A DNA stretch of 63,026 nt, counting the filler, from Choristocarpus tenellus KU-1152 (Eukaryota > Protista > Phaeophyceae), in the NCBI GenBank assembly GCA_964200185.2. It is 10 parts of 10 records of this genome, joined end to end, with 100 filler letters (N's around TTAATTAATTAA, not from the genome) between each part and the next. Parts side by side here need not be neighbours in the genome. Positions count along the whole stretch, not along the records: positions 51,099 to 55,460 come from CAXNAD020014912.1; positions 55,561 to 59,262 come from CAXNAD020018426.1; positions 59,363 to 63,026 come from CAXNAD020018641.1; 7 more parts are not named here. One strand, 5' to 3'. Under the pieces are notes generated by a model. The model had not been told where the DNA came from and did no database searches. It worked only from the letters and a program-made list of their open reading frames with translations. This document shows positions 52,490 to 63,026 of the stretch, piece after piece (position 1 is the first letter of the stretch; each line of letters starts with the position of its first letter). A program made the position numbers and the translations under genes.

Positions 52490-53150
52490 GAAGACATCTA
52501 CCCCACCCGAACTCGACCTCCCCCTTCTTTGAATTGATGTCTGTATCTAGTTCGCAGTTGCATTTCCTATACTGGCTACGCCCAATCCTTCCTACTCTCT
52601 GCCAAAACTTTCGATACCATACTGGGCCTCTTTGGTTGACCCTTACGTGTACCACAAAACACCCTAAATTTCCCTCTTCCTCCCCTCTGTATCACTATTT
52701 CTGGTGCCCCCGTTGTTGCGATTCTCAGTGGTCTCCTGATCCTGGCTGAGTACCAGTCATTCTCCCATGGTCTCATCTCGACTTTCTTTGCTATTCAACA
52801 ATCCAAGACTGATTCCTAACCTCTGTATGATCTCTTCTCATCCTTCTGACATAGGTGAGAGAAATTCGGAAGTGTGCATCGGAACTGTAAAACATTACTA
52901 CTACAAGTGTTTTGACCTTGTCAAACTTTCAATATCAACTTGGTTGCCCGCATTCCCCCCACCCAGGGTTACATACATCTTACACCTATCTTCGAATGTG
53001 TCTCACGTCTATTGCGTTCAATGCAAACACTCGAGCTCATTTCTGTACGATTTTCGACTCACTCCTTCCGAGTCCCCCCTTTCTAGTAGAGGAAAATCAG
53101 GTTTGTATTGACTCTTGATCAGTCAAGACAGTGTTTGTGGAGTATTAGGA
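52490..53150 (-). mobile_element. Decayed DIRS-type tyrosine-recombinase element (second copy)
   Basis: The reverse complement resembles 61390-61570 (GTAAGGGTYAAYCARAGRG.CCCAGT; GGAGGTCRAGTTC..GGGTAGATGTCTTC) and the GMRGNQV region. Confidence 0.6.
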
Positions 53151-55599
53151 TTCTGCATATATTTAACCCCTTTCTGGACCAATCCAGTTGCCCTCCTAAC
53201 ATGAAGCACCTATTCACTACTCCTCTGTATGCCTCTCACATCAGACAGCTATTATCGTGCAGATACTTGGGTCTATTTGCCAGCATCCCCTCTTTTGTGT
53301 TCAACCCCTTTCTAGTACTTATCGCTCACGTGCAAAGACGCCTCTGATCCTCTTGCACACTCTCCATTCTTCAACTACCCAACACCTGCACTGTCCTTTC
53401 CTTGTCCAACGATTACTCCTGCCATTTTCCTTTAGCAACGAGAAGTTAGTGTTAGTTTGAGTTGTGTTCTCATATTACCTGAGGGGGATTTTTCTGCCAC
53501 CGAATTCCTCCCTCATGGTCTGCGTTATGTCATCAGCAACCCAACCCTTTTCTTCATCCTCGAAACTCCTTACTCCAGCATCAGTCTTGGCTACCTTTTC
53601 CCCTTGCCCTTCAAAAATTTCCCCTGATGTATGTCTATCTTCTTTAACCCCTTTCTCCCGCTATTCTGCCCATCCAATCCCCTTCCTGGCGTGAACCCAC
53701 AGGGTACACCAGCCGTCGAAAACAAAGCCCAGAGCAACAGACTCATGGGACTGGTAAGGCACTTTATTTATTGTATATTTTAACACTATACATATCTCCC
53801 TAAAGTGCAAAACAAATGAAGGTCCCCCTCCATTCCCCCTCCGTTAGCCAGTCTCCAATCTAAGGCGATGCCTACCTCTATATCTTTCGTACTTATTGTC
53901 AAATTAAATTCTGCTGATTCATACTATGTACAGTATGTGTTTGTTTCAAGAATATACCGCGCATTAAAAATAAATAGGGAACAACAGAAATATGAGGAAA
54001 GAAAAAAACAAAGGAAACCCCCCCCCAAAGGGTGAAAAATTAAAGGAAACAAAACGGAAGAAAATATCTGAACATGAGAGATGACATAGGGGGAGAGAAA
54101 GCAAGAAAAAAGACTCGAAACACAAAATTTCGGAAAAATCAAGAATTTAATATCCACACCCGTGACATACGACATAAACACCTGTAATGTTACTACCAGG
54201 TCCACGTTCCTCAGACATAGCCCTCTACTGGGACAGATCTATACAGAAAAACAACTAATCGTTACACATCCCTACCAACCCAAGCTCAGCAAATTGATAC
54301 AAAGAAGACGGTAAACCGTAGAAAAACAGTTTAAAAGTCTCCATATCCTACACTAAGAGCAAAAAATATGAATGAACTACAATCACCAAACGCAAAATAC
54401 AATGTATCCCCCAGGCATATTGTCCTCAACCAAGCTATACGATCACATCTCAAAAACAATAAGATACTCAGCAGGCACCAACCACGTCATGGAGGTAGAA
54501 GTGCTGACTAAATTTTGTATGGATGCTGGTTGTGCCCATGTAGATTCAGCAATGTGTGCCTGGTATACACGACATACTCTACATGAGTTATCTCAGACTT
54601 TGTTTATTCAATTCAACGAGGTCAATCCTCAATGGGGATCTAGAAAAGAGTGAGGACGTCCTTCAACCACATTTCTCCAACAGTTCGTCTACAGACCAAA
54701 TCGTTTTTCATCTCCTCCATCAAACTAAAATTTGCGACGAAGATCTTCAGGAGTAGCTCATCATCTAGTATTAAAACAAATTCCGCAAACAGAATACAAT
54801 TTCCAATCATAGTTTCAAGGCTTGGACATCATTGTGATTCTCTTGCAACCAGTGTATCAAAATGTAGTGTGGTATTATTGCCTTTTCGAAATATTAAGGA
54901 AGAAAGACTTATAACCTTCCCTCGACTTTCATATCCTCTGTACATACTTCAAAAGAATAGTAACATTCTATTCATTGGCAGTAAATGGAAAAAAAGTCAA
55001 ACAGATCCCATGAAAGAGTAGATGAAGTATCCATGGAGTATGTTTTTGATTGGGCTGATGAGCTCCAGTTCAGAGCTACAACTAGGGCTACGGCTACAGG
55101 TAGAGGTAAGGTTTAGGCTATGTTTAATCCCGATGGCAGGGAACACAGAGATAACAACACCTGTTGAGTGCATTGGTCGTTCATGTATATTATTCGAGTT
55201 GCAACACTTCATCAAACCTTACCTCTACCTCGTGTATGTACGTACCGATTGTATGAAGATGACAATGCACTTCAACAAGTAGTACAACACTGTCACCAAA
55301 TGTATTTACGCATTTGGGGAGTAGTTGGTTGCTGTAAGTATCCCAACACCTAAAAACAACCCCGGCGTGTCATTTTTTCTTGACCCGTGATAATCAGCAG
55401 TTCAAAAGAGAAATGACCCAAAGTATCTGTGAGGGGGGGGGGGGCTTACAGAGGGGGTCCNNNNNNNNNNNNNNNNNNNNNNNNNNNNNNNNNNNNNNNN
55501 NNNNTTAATTAATTAANNNNNNNNNNNNNNNNNNNNNNNNNNNNNNNNNNNNNNNNNNNNATACCAAAAAAGTGAAAATCGAAAAAAGGGTAAAAAACG

Positions 55600-55826
55600 G
55601 ACGCCGACACCCCCCCCCCAGATACTTTGACCCAATTTTTAACATTTTATCTACTCCAAAACATTTCGGAGTATGTAAAAATGTGTACGTTATGAAAATG
55701 CGTGTCCAGAACAAGGATATTGACATCTCCAAACAAAAATGATAGCCAAAGTTACATCAAAATCGCAACATTGAATTTTGTCTTCCAAACGGACACGGCT
55801 CAAACCCTCTAAGATATGTTGACTCT
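55600..55826 (+). mobile_element. Family B terminus abutting the 3' part of a family A MITE
   Basis: CCCCCCAGATACTTTGACCC is followed by the family A hairpin and core and ends CCCTCTAAGATATGTTGACTC. Confidence 0.75.
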
Positions 55827-56571
55827 TCACGTGAATTATCAAGAGGAGAACTCCGTCTCTAGTAAAGGGTTACCAAGGAAAGGTAAGGATCCAAGCGTGA
55901 AGTAAACACATATACACTATTGGAACAACCAATACCGCTATCAATATTTGTAACCTATGTGTTGCTTGATCAGGGCCAGAACAGACTAGTTTACCTAGAG
56001 GTGGACACAATAGTGAATGGGATCCAGCTACATCCGCAATCCCCTCTACAGGGTTTGGTTTAGTTCTAGAGATTATAGAAACCAATCTTCTCTTGCACAT
56101 GTGTCCTCCCACGTACACAGAGAAAAAAATAATGACAGCGCCAAAGTAAAAAGAGGTACCCGCCGCTACACTACTTGAAGGATCTTTACAAATGTGCAAA
56201 TTCGGCTTATTATACAAATGTGTATAGAGACTTTTCTGAATTATGTTAATCACTTTCAAAACAATTGAGAGATAAACGGTCTCAAGTCGATCTGAGCACT
56301 TCATTCATAAATATAAGGGTGAAATTTCAAAAGATAAAAAAGGTGCTTAATATATACTAAACGGCAAGAAGTTCATACCTCTCTCTTTCTCTTGACTTGA
56401 TGACGAGGACCAGGTGCAGGATGGAAACGACCACGCGAAAAAAGTAAAGTCCAGCCCAACCCTCGAAAGTCGCAAAAGATCTAACTATTGAGTAAAGACG
56501 ACTATCCAAATAGAAAAAAAGGTAGAGAGTTGTTTGAACCTAAAATAATGAAATCACGCATGCGGAATCCG

Positions 56572-56644
56572 CAACCACGGTGGGACTTGAACCCACAATC
56601 TTTGCCTTAGGAGGGCAACGCCTTATCCATTGGGCCACGCGGTC
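56572..56644 (-). tRNA. tRNA-Arg (CCT)
   Basis: GACCGCGTGGCCCAATGGATAAGGCGTTGCC CTCCTAA GGCAAAGATTGTGGGTTCAAGTCCCACCGTGGTTG folds into a full cloverleaf. Confidence 0.93.
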
Positions 56645-58130
56645 CACAATATCACAATCCATAAATGCTAATTACCTTTATCATGTGTATATTCACTCGG
56701 CAATGACTTCGACCCTTCCTAGATATTCTCCTACGTACGTGCAGATTATGATCATTTGGAAGATCACTTGGAGGATGGCAACCAAGGTATTCATTACATG
56801 AAAATATCCTTCATTCATTGAATTATTGCAGAAACAAGCTTTTTCCACACTCCCCTATCCTCACGACATCTTTGAAAGTCACCTTGACCCACTAGGACGT
56901 ACGACAATTGCCACTGTAGTCCTTACACACTGTAGTACTGGGCACAAATATATAAAAACTTTCCGCAGTGAGATACGGTGTCATTTTTGGTCTGCAGAGC
57001 ATACTGTCTTGAGGCAAAAGTCAATAGAACTCCAAAAAATAGGAAGGGCATGTCCATATATACTACTGAAATCGAGGATAGTGGAGAAGGGGACCTGGTG
57101 AGAAGGTTAAATGACATTACCTCAACACCTCTGTAGAGATGTGGATTGAGGACACTTCAATCTTTGTTCGTCGTAGATATTATTAGCGGAACTCCTAACC
57201 TATTGTTTTTCTCAGGGTCCATAATACACAGTAGTATTTCCAGTGTTATTAACCACAGGTAGGAAATTAATTATTTGCACTAGGAAAATTAAGAACTTAT
57301 CCTTTAGCAATCAAACTTAATTGATGGGAGATACCATGCAACAAGTTAACATAATTTAACCTTTCCCCCCAACACATTTGAATTGATAGTACTTGAAAAC
57401 ACGGATTGCATCAAGAGTGAAATGATATAATCTCTCCTTACATACATCAGTCTCTAGTGTTTTTTTTTAGGTTGAATCAAAAATACTTCGTATCTCTTGG
57501 AGAGGAGGGTTGATTTTGGGGGTCATTCCAATTTGGAATGATGTAATGAGTATTGCATGATACCTCCATTCTGAATAGAATCAGATATCCAGACAACAAA
57601 TGTTGATTAACATTTATCATGTATTAATATTAAGAACATGCCCATGGCTTTTCCCATTCTTGGTCAAATCGGACTAAAAATGTATATAGTGATACCTGAG
57701 AGGAAGGGGTGTCTCTGGAGGTATGATTGGGACATTGACTTTGAGAAATAGGACATGGTATGAAGGTAGTACAGGTGATGGGACATTGTTAGAATGATGA
57801 GGAGTTTTAATTTTGATGGGAAAGACCTGGTATATTTTACAATTTACACGAGTAGGCATATAATGGTAAGATAATATATCTTAAGGCACTTTTGTGGGTA
57901 TAGATTGAGAATATGTTGTGCTCTTGGGAGTGATACTGGACTTAAGTACTGGACTTGAGATATAGACCATAGCTTTGCAAACGCCTCTGCCACTTCCTCG
58001 TGACCAACATCTGTCGTGATGGCTGATCTGATGTGGCTTGGGCGCTATGTATAGTTTTCATTGGTTTCCCCCCTGACACATCCGCAAAATGTCAGAGGGC
58101 ATAATAATAAAAAATGTTATGTAAAGGAAC

Positions 58131-58319
58131 TATACTAAAAAGCAAAATGATTCCTTAAACCTAAGTATTTATATAAAGATTTTATCTGCAGATGCTATTG
58201 AAATTGCAAAATCTGGACATCCAGGGATGCCTCTTGGGTTTTCGCAAGTTATGATAAGTTTGGTACTTGAATTTTTAAAATTTAACCCTAAAGATCCAAA
58301 ATGGTTTAATCGTGATAGA
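58131..58319 (+). pseudogene. tkt: Bacterial-type transketolase N-terminal fragment
   Basis: IKILSADAIEIAKSGHPGMPLGFSQVMISLVLEFLKFNPKDPKWFNRDR; 56/180 GC (31%) over 58141-58320. Homology stops before the expected LSAGHG. Confidence 0.88.
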
Positions 58320-58394
58320 TATATCGTATATCTATCACTGGCTCTCCATTCTATTATCTAATCCACTGTTGATGTCTATATAATGTATATCAGC

Positions 58395-59218
58395 AGCAAC
58401 TATCCAAGAACATAAGCATGTTACTGGTATCCTGCACTCTAGACAAGTATCACAATGCAGCATGATCTGTGATGCAGGTAAAGTGTCTACCCCAAAGGTA
58501 CGGTCGCCAATGTGTGATAACTATAACGACGACATAACACTCTCTTAATGTAGCTGAATAGTGAAGTTAGGCTTCGATAAATTTCTTGCTCAACTAAGCA
58601 ATGATACCTAGGTCTTTAGGATTATCGGATTGGGGTTGTGCTAAAATCCCTCCAGCACCACTCTCCCTGGCATCAACATGGACGACGAATTCCTTGGTAA
58701 AGTCAGAGTATACGAGAACCGAAGCTGCAGTGAGGAATTGCTTTACTTCAAAAAATGTCACGTCCTGGACCAATCCCCTTTCTTTGTCACCTTTCTTACT
58801 GACACATTTTTTAGTGAGACTAACGGTTCGATTACTGTGGCTAAGTTGGATATAAATTTACGCACAAAATTAACCATCCCTAGGACAGATCAAAGTTCTT
58901 TGACGGTGGTGGGTTTGGGTAACTCAGTGATGGCACAAACCCGATCTTCACCAACACGAATCCCTTCAGACGATGATATGTGACCCAGATAGCGTACGTT
59001 TTTAGGTTCAAATTGAATCTTTGATGGTTTCAAGGTTAAACCTGCCGCTTGCAAATCATTGAATTGCTGTTCTAGTAGGTGCAGACGTCCTTCCCATGTG
59101 AGAGAACAAGCTATCAAATCATCCATGTAAACTAGCAAACCACTAAGTGGTCCAAAAAATTGCCAAGGCTAAGGACATGACACTTTGAAGTGCCAGGGAG
59201 CATTTGATATCCCTAGAG
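58395..59218 (-). mobile_element. Ty3/Gypsy RT-RNase H relic
   Basis: PLGISNAP, LVYMDDLI, GLTLKPSK, YLGH, LGMVNFVRKFI, EFVVHVDA, YSATLREC, HWRPYLWGRHFTCITDHAAL, with stops and frameshifts. It is cut at 59219 by a family B TIR. Confidence 0.9.
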
Positions 59219-60562
59219 GACTCAAAGTATCTGGGGGGGGGAGGGGGCGAATGTCCATTTGGNNNNNNNNNNNNNNNNNNNNNNNNNNNNNNNNNNNNNN
59301 NNNNNNTTAATTAATTAANNNNNNNNNNNNNNNNNNNNNNNNNNNNNNNNNNNNNNNNNNNNGCGTTGAGGGAGGGGGGAGGGGGGAGGCGGGGGTGTGG
59401 GTGGGGGGGGGGGGGGGGGGGGGGCGGGGATATGCAAGGGACTTTGAGATGTATCTTATCAGGGACAGTTGTTTTAAAGGCATGCCTTGGTCGGATGATG
59501 GATATTCCCCTTTTGTGGAAGACTAGAGGGTAGTGGCCTGGTTTAGATTAAATACTCAAAGCAAATGTGATGATATCAACAGTGGTAATGTTGAGGGGGG
59601 GTGGGGGGGGTGGGGGGCAAATGATAGGCTTATGAAACTCCTAATCAAACCAGCGGAAACCTTGTAAAAGCATGAAGTATCACAGACTCCACCAAAAAAA
59701 ATAAGGGGAGTTTAATATTGGCAATACAAGGAGCGTGTGGCTAGCCAAGAATTGGGGGTACCAGGACTGATCTAGACTAACACATGACCATTACATGTCC
59801 CAGCCCTTACGCAACCCATCCAGACTAGCCCCTACCAGATTACGCAAGGCAATGTCGAGGAGGGTGCATGATCAATGTTCGAACAATAGGTTGATCCCCA
59901 ACTAGGAGTGTGAATGCAAACTTGAGAATACGGGTACGGTACAGAAACTAGAGGGAGCTGATCTCTAACTGCCTGCCAAGGTCGGTGAAGGTCAAGAAGG
60001 TACAGAGGGGTGGGGGGGGGGGAGGGGAGACTTTTGAAATTCATAATCAAACCCACCTGAAAACCGTCAAAGTAGTCAGTATTACAGATTCCATCCCAAA
60101 CTATCCAGCAAAAAATAAATAAATAAAATATATATGTATATATGATAATACTATAAAAGAAGAAGCTTCGTTTCAGAAAGGCAAGAAGTGTGTGAGAATT
60201 CGGGAAATGGGGTACCATGTGCGAGGAGGCATAGCTGTAAGTGATAGAACCAACAACGACTTTACTGTACTTGATGTGGGTGCAATAAACAATACCCCCC
60301 CCTCAAAAAGTCGCATTTACCGAGCTTGGTTGGGTGTGGTAATTTGTACTCCAAATCTATATAAAAGGAAAGTAAGGTGAGTCATAGGTCCCGCAAGTCT
60401 GCCTTGGGGTTTCATTGTGCAGCTGGCATACCCACTGGGTTTACGCCAGAAAGGGGACTGTCTGGTTAGACTAGCGGGTAAAGGGGGGGACAGAAGGGAT
60501 AAACATAGAAGTGTTACGAGACAGCTTGGGACCAATGCTCTGAGTTCCATACATACAGATGA

Positions 60563-61500
60563 TTGAATAGGTGGTTAGACCCCAGAAGTCGAGAGATAGA
60601 CGTAGTGAAGGCCCTAGCAGAGTTCATGTGTCTGGGGTGTGGCATGAGGGGGAACCAAGTAAGCACAGTTAAGGGTAAGATAGTGACAATCCAATATTAC
60701 CACAAACATTTTCCTAACTTTCAACTTCCCACACAACATGTCAGGACTCACAAGGTGCTCAAATGGGATAGGGAGGAGTCACACAAAAGTATGGAGTGAG
60801 CCCGACATGGAGAATGACTGTAGAAACAAAGTAGTGCACTGCAACGTTAGGTAGGGAAGGTAAATTGACGAGGCTAGGATTGGGTTTTCTCGCTTTCTTT
60901 CTAACCAGAGCATCAGAGTTGTGGGCCTATCATGAAGGGGGGGAGTACATGGAGAGTTTGCAGTAAGAAACAGGGATGTAGGCTGGAGGAGAGGAGTGGA
61001 AAGAGTGAGATGGGAGGATAGCCACCAAGCAGAAAAGTAGAGGTAACGTTCACGGGGTCAAAAGAGGACCAGGGTAGGAAGGGAGCAGTGTTGACCAGGT
61101 TTAAGGGGGGGGAAGAAAGTATGGGAGGTCGGGAGGTAGTAATGGCTCTTATGGAATGTTTGCCAGAACCCCCCCTTGATGCGCCACTGATGACATGTAG
61201 GCAAGAAGGGGGATGGAGGGTGATCACGAGGGACCAAGCGACAGGTGTCCTGAGGAGAATGATAAAGGAACTTAAGTTGAGACCAGAAGAGCATGCCTTG
61301 CATTCGGGTAGGATAGGGGAAGCTATGAGATCAGCGACCATGGGGGTATCAGTATTGGTAATACGGAGGGAGGGGAGATAGAAATCGAGGGCATTTATGG
61401 TATGTGTAAGGGTTAATCAGAGGGACCCAGTGTGGGTGTCAAAGAGGTTGCCAGAGAGTAAGAAAGATTGGGTCCAACCAGGGCAGGAGGTAAGGGGATG
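60563..61500 (+). mobile_element. Tyrosine recombinase of a DIRS/Ngaro-type retroelement, degenerate
   Basis: FFLTRASELW, FTGSKEDQGRKG, ALHSGRIG, REGR*KSRAFMVCVR (corresponding to GRWxSxAFxxYVR). Confidence 0.85.
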
Positions 61501-61734
61501 AGCTAGAAAGAAATTGACCCCAAAGGGGAGGGGAGGTCAAGTTCCGGCGGGGTAGATGTCTTCTAGCTCAAAGGCACGGTTTGAAGTGGATCATGAAGGG
61601 GTGTTCTTGGATGGTTGTGGAGTGGTGTTGAATGATGTGGGAACTGCTGTGGGGTTGAGGGGAGTGGTAACTTATGTGGGGTTGAAAGGTGGGTGGGGTG
61701 ACTAGAAATCAGGGGCGAAAGGGGTTTGCACTTG

Positions 61735-61915
61735 TTGGTCATGAAATGTGGGGGATGACTGGAAATCAGTGACGAAGTGCATTCGCACTGGTTGGTCATG
61801 AAATGTGGGGGATGGCTGGAAATCAGTGACGAAGGGCATTCGCACTGGTAGGTCATCAGATGTGGGGGATGGCTGGAAATCAGTGATGAAGGGCATTCAC
61901 ACTGGTTGGTCAGCT
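61735..61915. repeat. 60-bp tandem repeat x3 in the 3' region of the YR element
   Basis: TTGGTCATGAAATGTGGGGGATGRCTGGAAATCAGTGACGAAGKGCATTCGCACTGG units. Confidence 0.85.
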
Positions 61916-63026
61916 CATGGGGGAGTAAATAGGAAACCAGCGGCGAAGGGGTCGCAAGGGTCTGGTCAGAGGAAGGAATGCATGGGAAAGGAAAGGAATG
62001 GAGAATAGGGGAATGGCAAACAAGGAATAAGCTAATAATAATCATCCAGAATTAATGTGCAAAACAAATTGACTCCAATATGGTCGTGAGAGGTGATCTC
62101 AGTCTAGTCCACATCTACCCTCCATGGTCATAAGGATGTGATGTCACCCATCGGATCCAAGATTCCATTCAAACTTCTGCTAACATTTGATGACTTACAG
62201 AGGTTCGGGTTTGGTGAAAGTACCCCACTATAACACAACTGGTGATTCTGAACACCCCCCATGGCTGATTGGACCCCGCCTCATGACAATCAAGAAGCGC
62301 AATATACAGCATCCAAGACTTTGAGCTCATAATGGCATTTGTGAAACCCCCATTAAGACACATCACCTGCGATAATTCTCAGATTCAGCACCCTGGTAAC
62401 AAAAACTACCTCCATGCTCGTTGCCACCATTCATGGAAAAGCAAACAAAATACACCTACTTCAAATTATATCGTTATGGCTTTTGTTAGGGTGTGAGTGA
62501 CCTTCCTATGTTTACGTGGAAAGAACAGGCTTCACATTTTGTTTGACTTTCGGGGACTGAGTGACCTCATTCTTGTTGGTGGATTACAGGGAGTACTTCA
62601 TATGCATATTTCTTGTTCTCAGGTGTGAGTGGCCTTCTTCTTGTAGTATTGTTTACAGAGTGGACTTCGTGGGATTTTACGACAGTACCTTTTGAGCAGG
62701 CTCGGGGGGTGTTTGTGGGGAACTACAGAAGAGAAGGTGGAGTTTGCTCGACTGTCAAGAGTTATTCATCCTGTTGCCTCACACCCCAGTCTTGGGACTA
62801 AAGCCATAGATCGATCTTCTGGAGGATAGCCCTCCTCGCTTACTGGTCAAGTAACAGTCGATCACCAAGATTGAGGATAGAGCATTTTATGGAGGATGAG
62901 TTTAACCCAAAATGGTGCGCGGAAAGTGCCCATATGTTTTTTTTTGTAAATGTTGTGGCACTTTTGAAGGGCTCCACTACGAATGGGAATCCATCCCGAA
63001 GGTGGTAGTAGGACATTGTGTGGGGG

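Noticed and set aside
57190-57480. AT-rich stretch with faint Ulp1-protease-like FLPVVNN/HW on the minus strand; similar unassigned stretch at 54380-55350
   Set aside because: The motifs lie in different frames with many stops. It cannot be assigned or linked to the bacterial fragment.

Overview
This is eukaryotic genomic DNA, not one locus. It is ten assembly contigs joined by artificial 100-bp linkers (N44-TTAATTAATTAA-N44). GT-AG intron-rich genes, TTAGGG seeds and the transposon types suggest a stramenopile, probably a brown alga (inference). Genes: a >2,900-aa multi-exon coiled-coil protein, a convergent hypothetical gene, a TKL-type kinase (3' part), four SF3B1 exons, a complete APH-kinase/HAD-phosphatase fusion related to ACAD10/11, a C2-domain gene fragment, tRNA-Arg(CCT) and an atypical tRNA-Cys(ACA). 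Mobile DNA: a ~260-bp MITE family and a sister family with G-run TIRs that sits at 10 contig ends, a Stowaway-like MITE, a decayed mariner transposase, and Copia, Gypsy and DIRS-type tyrosine-recombinase relics. The most unusual signals are: (1) a 31%-GC bacterial-type transketolase fragment with a perfect fold-back at its breakpoint, which the ORF track misses; (2) (TTAGGG)2 patches written into MITE copies where the consensus has none; (3) a 43-bp tandem array built from palindromes; (4) the kinase-phosphatase fusion with no ACAD domain; (5) the A34 tRNA-Cys. I cannot demonstrate a complete new multi-gene system from sequence alone.
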